64,000 nucleotides of DNA from an uncultured Planctomycetia bacterium (lineage in GTDB: Bacteria; Omnitrophota; Gorgyraeia; Tantalellales; Tantalellaceae): the NCBI GenBank assembly GCA_964527765.1, contig CAZGQR010000001.1, positions 182,353 through 246,352 on the forward strand, in the 5' to 3' direction. Under the pieces are notes generated by a model. That model saw only the letters and a program-made list of their open reading frames with translations. It was not told where the DNA came from and ran no database searches. Below are positions 58,960 to 64,000 of this stretch, one piece after another (position 1 is the first letter of the stretch; the number at the start of each line of letters is the position of its first letter). Made by a program: the position numbers and the translations under genes.

Positions 58960-59772
58960 CTATGTCCCTATGCGGACAGTGTCGAAATATCCTTCAAGTG
59001 AAGCGATGGCTGCCAGAACAGCAAGATAGCTTGTCCCGGGATTACCGGGGGAGGGCACGTTTTCGGCACGCGTTGTGAGGGTTCCCGCCTTGCTTTTGAC
59101 CTCTATTTCATGCGTGTTTTTCGTATATTCGCCAGAGACCACTATTTTGACCCTGGTGTTTTCGGCGCCTATGCCGGCCAATGAAAGAAGCGCGGAAACG
59201 TTGATATTTTTCGGAAAACCTTTTATCGCATCCAGCGCACTACCCTCGAAAATAACGGTCTCGTCCGTTATCGTTTCCACGTCGATGCCTTTCTCTGAAA
59301 GATACGGCGCTCCTTTAACGGACCGGGGCGGCTTGCGTGTAGTGAGGGTCACGCTCTCGATACCCGCAAGTCCCGCGGACTTTAAGGCGTCAATGCCGGC
59401 AACGGCCCCGGACGGAAGGATCAATCTTATGTTCTTTTCCCGTACTTCGGCAAGAAGGCCTTCGTTGCCTATGAATCCTCCTATGCTCATGACCATGACA
59501 TCCTTCCCCTGCCCCAGAGCCGCTTTCACGAGATCCGGCACGACCTGGGGGGAAGCGGCTTCTATTATAAGGTCCGCTTTTTTCAGTGTTTCTTCCGCGC
59601 TGTTCGCGACCACAGCGTTCTGAATTTTTTCCGCGAGCACTTCGGCCTTGCGGATATCGCTATCGCAAAGAATTATTTCCGCAATAATTTTTGTCAGGCT
59701 CTTCCCCGCATGTTCGGCAAGAGCTGATCCTATAACGCCGCACCCGACAATCCCTATAATTTTTTTGCTCAT
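58960..59772 (-). CDS. nadX: L-aspartate dehydrogenase
   Basis: GCGVIG, IEAAS, PSGAVAGID, FPKNINV, NPGTS; follows nadA. Confidence 0.92.
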   Translation of the reverse strand: MSKKIIGIVGCGVIGSALAEHAGKSLTKIIAEIILCDSDIRKAEVLAEKIQNAVVANSAEETLKKADLIIEAASPQVVPDLVKAALGQGKDVMVMSIGGFIGNEGLLAEVREKNIRLILPSGAVAGIDALKSAGLAGIESVTLTTRKPPRSVKGAPYLSEKGIDVETITDETVIFEGSALDAIKGFPKNINVSALLSLAGIGAENTRVKIVVSGEYTKNTHEIEVKSKAGTLTTRAENVPSPGNPGTSYLAVLAAIASLEGYFDTVRIGT

Positions 59773-59796
59773 GCTTGAACCCCTGGTTTTGTACAT

Positions 59797-59866
59797 AAAA
59801 GTAAAAATATAGGGACCGGTTCAGACCATAGATTATGCTACTGCAGTGAACCTGTCCCGCCTTTCA
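59797..59866 (-). repeat. Intercistronic GAAAGGCGGGACAGG hairpin element (copy 3)
   Basis: GGGACAGGTTCA...TGAACCGGTCCC followed by TTTTTACTTTT. Confidence 0.85.
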
Positions 59867-59869
59867 GCC

Positions 59870-60808
59870 CTACTGCGCCACTTCAAGCATTCTCTTCAGC
59901 GCCCTGCGCGCTTTTTCTGCCGTCTTTCCCGGCACTTCGATCCTGTAGACCATCTTCTCGAGAGACCTGGCGAGCCAGCCAAGGGTCGTAAGCTTCATGT
60001 TGGCGCAGATAAATTGATCTGTGGGGATATAAAATTTCTTGTCCGGATTATCCCGTTTTAATTTATAAACGATACCCATCTCTGTCCCCACGATGAATTC
60101 CCCTGCCGGGCTTTGCTTGACATATTTTATCATGCCGGCGGTGCTTCCTATATAGTCCGCCAGTTCAAGCACTTCTTTGCGGCATTCGGGGTGCGCTATG
60201 AATTCCGCGCGAGGATGGAGTTTCTTTGTCTTGATCACATTTTCCCTGATCAATCGCATGTGCACGGTGCAGTATCCATCCCAGAGAATAAGTTCTTTTT
60301 CCGGAACCTGCTCGGCGACATAACGACCGAGGTTCCTGTCGGGAACGAATAACACTCTGTTCTCTTTCAACGACCTTACCACCTGGACCGCGTTGGAGGA
60401 AGTACAGCATATATCGCTTTCCGCCTTGACCGCCGCCGTGGAATTGACATAACACACCACGGCCGCATCGGGATACTCTTCTTTTTTGTTCCTGAGCTTT
60501 TCAGCCGTAGCCATATCCGCGAGAGGGCATCCCGCTTCTTCCACGGGGAGAAGCACTGTCTTGTCGGGACTGAGCATATAAGCACTTTCTGCCATGAACC
60601 TCACGCCGCAGAATACAACGACTTTTTCCCCGGCTTTGGTGATCCTGCGGGCAAGAGCGTAAGAATCTCCGGTAATGTCGGCGATCTCCTGCACTTCGTC
60701 ACGCTGATAATTATGCGCGACTATAAGCGCCCCTCTCTCCTTCTTCAGGTCCAGTATCTTCCTCCTGAGGTGCTCTTTATACTTCTGGTCAAACTCGGGT
60801 TTCAGCAT
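59870..60808 (-). CDS. nadA: Quinolinate synthase
   Basis: [32 protein letters not shown]. Confidence 0.96.
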   Translation of the reverse strand: MLKPEFDQKYKEHLRRKILDLKKERGALIVAHNYQRDEVQEIADITGDSYALARRITKAGEKVVVFCGVRFMAESAYMLSPDKTVLLPVEEAGCPLADMATAEKLRNKKEEYPDAAVVCYVNSTAAVKAESDICCTSSNAVQVVRSLKENRVLFVPDRNLGRYVAEQVPEKELILWDGYCTVHMRLIRENVIKTKKLHPRAEFIAHPECRKEVLELADYIGSTAGMIKYVKQSPAGEFIVGTEMGIVYKLKRDNPDKKFYIPTDQFICANMKLTTLGWLARSLEKMVYRIEVPGKTAEKARRALKRMLEVAQ

Positions 60809-61665
60809 ATATGTTCCTCGCGACGAATCACCACATTATCGATCAGCCTCGTACCCCCCACAAAAACAGCTACCGCTATCAACGTATTGTTTTTCACTGT
60901 TTCAAGCGGAGCGAGATTCTCCGCATCTACTATCTCGACATAATCTATCCGGACGTCTTTGCCTTTCCTCAGGTTCTTTTCCATCTCCTCTTTGATCCGC
61001 TTGGCCGAGATATCCCCGCCGGCCACCATCTCTTTCGCCCGTTCCAGGGAAAGGAAAAGCCCCAGCGCCTGCCTCCTCTCGTCCACGGAAAGATAGGTAT
61101 TGCGTGAGCTCATTGCCAGGCCGTCCTCTTCCCGGATTATCGGCATCACGCGTATCTCGAGTGGTATGTTCAGGTCCTTGACCATACGTTTCACGACAGC
61201 GGCCTGCTGAGCGTCTTTCTGTCCGAAATAGCTTACGTGCGGCTGTACAATATCAAAAAGTTTCGCGACAACGGTAGTAACTCCCCTGAAATGGCCCGGC
61301 CTGGATCTCCCGCACAAGGTCTCTGTAAGAGGCCCTGTAACCTCAACATAAGTAATAGAACCTTCCGGGTACATTTCCCCGGCGGAAGGCGCAAAGATAA
61401 CATCAGCCCCCTCTTCCCCGGCAAGGCGCTTGTCCCTTTCCATATCACGCGGATATTCGCTAAAATCTTCACCGGGCGCGAACTGGGTCGGGTTGACGAA
61501 GATGCTGACAACAACGATGTCGCATTCTTCCCGTGCCGCCCTGACAAGGCTGAGGTGCCCCCCGTGCAGATAACCCATGGTGGGGACAAAACCGATAGTT
61601 TTGCCTTCCTGCCTCGCCTTGCGCGAGTAATCTCTCATCCCGTCAATTGTCGTGATTATTTGCAT
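60802..61665 (-). CDS. panC: Pantoate--beta-alanine ligase
   Basis: [37 protein letters not shown]. Confidence 0.97.
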   Translation of the reverse strand: MQIITTIDGMRDYSRKARQEGKTIGFVPTMGYLHGGHLSLVRAAREECDIVVVSIFVNPTQFAPGEDFSEYPRDMERDKRLAGEEGADVIFAPSAGEMYPEGSITYVEVTGPLTETLCGRSRPGHFRGVTTVVAKLFDIVQPHVSYFGQKDAQQAAVVKRMVKDLNIPLEIRVMPIIREEDGLAMSSRNTYLSVDERRQALGLFLSLERAKEMVAGGDISAKRIKEEMEKNLRKGKDVRIDYVEIVDAENLAPLETVKNNTLIAVAVFVGGTRLIDNVVIRREEHIC

Positions 61666-61670
61666 CGTAT

Positions 61671-61741
61671 AAAAGTAAAAACGCGCGGGGGCGGTCTATT
61701 CCCGGCCTTACCCTACTGCCGTAGGCCTGTCCCGCCTTTCA
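61671..61741 (-). repeat. Intercistronic GAAAGGCGGGACAGG hairpin element (copy 4)
   Basis: Exact 15-mer at 61726-61740; overlaps the folK 3' end. Confidence 0.85.
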
Positions 61742-62213
61742 CTTCCTTATCACCCTTCACCTGTCCGTACAATTCCGCTGCTGTCCTGCCAAGCAGGGGG
61801 TGCATGACCTCGGGGGCGATCTCCGCAAGACCGCGCAGAACAAAATACCTCTCATGCATCCTGGGATGCGGAATATCAAGCCTGCCGGTCTTCAGCACCA
61901 GACTGCCATAGAGAAGGATGTCGATATCGATGACCCGCGGATGGTTTCGTGCTCCGGTTGTCCCGCGCCCCATATCTTTTTCAATATCCTTGAGAACGCC
62001 AAGAAATTTCTCTGGTGGGATCTCTGTCTCGACCTTCAGGACGCCATTCAGATAATTCTCCTGCGGCGGGCCGCCTACGGAACGCGTCTGGTAAAAACGC
62101 GAACGCGTTATTATCCTTATACCTTCGGCCGTTTGCAGGCGCCTGACCGCTTCATTGCAATTTGACTCTTTATCACCGATGTTTGACCCTAAGCCAAGGT
62201 AAGCAACAGACAT
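61713..62213 (-). CDS. folK: 2-amino-4-hydroxy-6-hydroxymethyldihydropteridine diphosphokinase
   Basis: LGLGSNIG, PRVIDIDIL, IPHPRMHER.FVL. Confidence 0.95.
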   Translation of the reverse strand: MSVAYLGLGSNIGDKESNCNEAVRRLQTAEGIRIITRSRFYQTRSVGGPPQENYLNGVLKVETEIPPEKFLGVLKDIEKDMGRGTTGARNHPRVIDIDILLYGSLVLKTGRLDIPHPRMHERYFVLRGLAEIAPEVMHPLLGRTAAELYGQVKGDKEVKGGTGLRQ

Positions 62214-62214
62214 T

Positions 62215-63384
62215 TTAGCTGAAAAATATTTTCTTTACGCGATCCACCGCTTCTTTCAGTTTATCCGATCCCACGGTGAGCGCCATGCGGACGTAACCTT
62301 CCCCGGACTTGCCGAAACCGCTTCCGGGAGTAATGACGATATCGGCCTTCTCCAGAAAAGCCCTTGCCAGGGAGGCCGAATCGTATCCTCCGAACACCGG
62401 AGCCCATACATAAAAAGTGGCCAGGGGCTTCGGGATCTTCCAGCCGGCCCCGTTCAGCCCATCTACGAGCACATCACGCCTTTCGGCGTACATCCTGTTG
62501 AAGTTCCCCTTCACTTCACCGCTGCGTTTAAGGGACTCGATGGCGGCTACCTGAACGGCGGTAAAAATGCCGGAATCCACGTTGGACTTGACTTTAGCCA
62601 GGCCTTCCAGCACTTCAGCGTTACCGACAGCCATACCGACTCTCCATCCGGTCATGTTGAACGTCTTGGAAAGAGAATGAAATTCTATGCCTACATCCTT
62701 CGCCCCGGGGACTTCGAGGAAACTCGGCGGCGTATACCCGTCAAAGCTTATCTCCGTATATGCCGCATCGGAGCACACGATGATATCGTTCTCTTTCGCG
62801 AAAGCGACAACTTCCTCGTAAAACGCCCTGTCGCACACTGCCGCTGTAGGGTTATTGGGATAATTTATGTGCATCAGTTTGCACTTTTTGGCAACTTTCT
62901 TATCGATCGCCGCCAGGTCGATCAGAAATTCATTCTCAGCGCGAAGCGGCATAAAATGCGGCTTGCCCCCGGCAAATACGGTACCGGAATTATACGGCGG
63001 GTACCCCGGATCGGGAATGAGCACCTCATCTCCCGGATTGATAAAAGCCAGAGGAATATGCGAGATCCCGTCCTTTGATCCCAGAAGAGGTAATATTTCA
63101 GTATCCGGATCAAGGTCCACATCGAACCGGGACTTATACCAGCTGGTCATCTCTTCTCTTAAGCCCCGCAATCCTTTATTGAGGGCGTACTTGTGGGTCG
63201 CGGGATCGCGGCTGGCTTCCTGAAGTTTTTCAACGATGAAATCCGGTGTCGGACTGTCGGGGTCGCCTACCCCCAGATCAATGATCGGTCGGCCTTCTCT
63301 GACCGCTTTCTGCTTGGCCTTATCTATTTCCGCGAATAGATACGGCGGCAGCTTCTTCAATCTCTCCGCATACTCAATATTCAT
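62215..63384 (-). CDS. dapL: LL-diaminopimelate aminotransferase
   Basis: GSKDG, NYPNNPT, SLSKTFNMTGWR, KSNVDSG; follows dapB. Confidence 0.88.
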   Translation of the reverse strand: MNIEYAERLKKLPPYLFAEIDKAKQKAVREGRPIIDLGVGDPDSPTPDFIVEKLQEASRDPATHKYALNKGLRGLREEMTSWYKSRFDVDLDPDTEILPLLGSKDGISHIPLAFINPGDEVLIPDPGYPPYNSGTVFAGGKPHFMPLRAENEFLIDLAAIDKKVAKKCKLMHINYPNNPTAAVCDRAFYEEVVAFAKENDIIVCSDAAYTEISFDGYTPPSFLEVPGAKDVGIEFHSLSKTFNMTGWRVGMAVGNAEVLEGLAKVKSNVDSGIFTAVQVAAIESLKRSGEVKGNFNRMYAERRDVLVDGLNGAGWKIPKPLATFYVWAPVFGGYDSASLARAFLEKADIVITPGSGFGKSGEGYVRMALTVGSDKLKEAVDRVKKIFFS

Positions 63385-63408
63385 CCGATCCTCTTTCGCC
63401 TTTCAGTG

Positions 63409-64000
63409 TTATTTTAATCCCAGCACGTCCGCCATGCTGTACAAGCCGGTTTTTCTCCCCGACACGAACCGTGCTGCTTTAATAGCCCCGGCGGCGAACA
63501 CATCCCGGCTCTTGGCATCATGCCGTATCTCAAGCTTCTCGTATTTACCGTCAAAGACGACCCCGTGATTGCCTATGACTTCCCCCTCCCTGAACGCCTC
63601 TATGGGAACATCCCCGCCGGTGATCTCACTGATCGCTCTTGCTATCATCTTGGCCGTCCCGCTGGGAGAATCCTTCTTATGGACATGGTGCGTTTCATCT
63701 ATCCTCACGTTGAAATCATGCCCCAGAACGCGGGCAGCTTCCCGCACTATATTGAAAAGAAGGTTCACCCCCACGGCCATGTTAGGGGAGAACACTACCG
63801 GGATCTTCTCTGCCGCCTGCCTGATCTTTTTCTCGCCTTCGGCATCCAGCCCGGTAGTCCCTATGACCATCGCTACTCCGCTGCTGCTGCAGGCCTCCAC
63901 GTGTTCCAGCGTGGCAGCCGGTGAGCTGAACTCTACAAGGCAGTCCACGCCGCGACAGGCCTTTTCCGCATCTGAAGTGATCTTTATCCCGAGCTCCCCG
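63409..64000 (-). CDS. dapB: 4-hydroxy-tetrahydrodipicolinate reductase (5' end outside window)
   Basis: IGTTG, PNMAVG, ETHHVHKKDSPSGTA, FAAGA. Confidence 0.93.
   Translation of the reverse strand, partial: GELGIKITSDAEKACRGVDCLVEFSSPAATLEHVEACSSSGVAMVIGTTGLDAEGEKKIRQAAEKIPVVFSPNMAVGVNLLFNIVREAARVLGHDFNVRIDETHHVHKKDSPSGTAKMIARAISEITGGDVPIEAFREGEVIGNHGVVFDGKYEKLEIRHDAKSRDVFAAGAIKAARFVSGRKTGLYSMADVLGLK

Overview
This is a bacterial chromosomal window made up mostly of housekeeping genes. Almost every gene lies on the minus strand; only a glycoside hydrolase, a nitroreductase and one small membrane ORF are on +. It has diderm features (lpxA, a beta-barrel outer-membrane protein). The gene content (phoH-7TM HD-ybeY-dgkA-DUF502-recO-glyQS-ppdK, nadA+nadX, dapL, GuaB3-type IMPDH) suggests a PVC-group organism, possibly Omnitrophota, but that is inference. 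It carries a met/cys cluster, a helicase-nuclease fusion, one tRNA-Arg(CCT) and many clear sigma70 promoters and terminators. No integrase, transposase or CRISPR array is visible. The most interesting signals are non-coding: (1) two co-varying copies of a ~155-bp multi-branched palindromic element with GAA-triloop hairpins flanking a two-gene cassette; (2) a dispersed, orientation-fixed intercistronic hairpin family with an exact 15-mer (GAAAGGCGGGACAGG) at the 3' end of the upstream gene and a TTTACTTTT tail; (3) a c-di-GMP-I riboswitch with a readable terminator/antiterminator, predicted to be an OFF switch, controlling a secreted GH113-like hydrolase; (4) several further palindromic elements and long structured 5' leaders.
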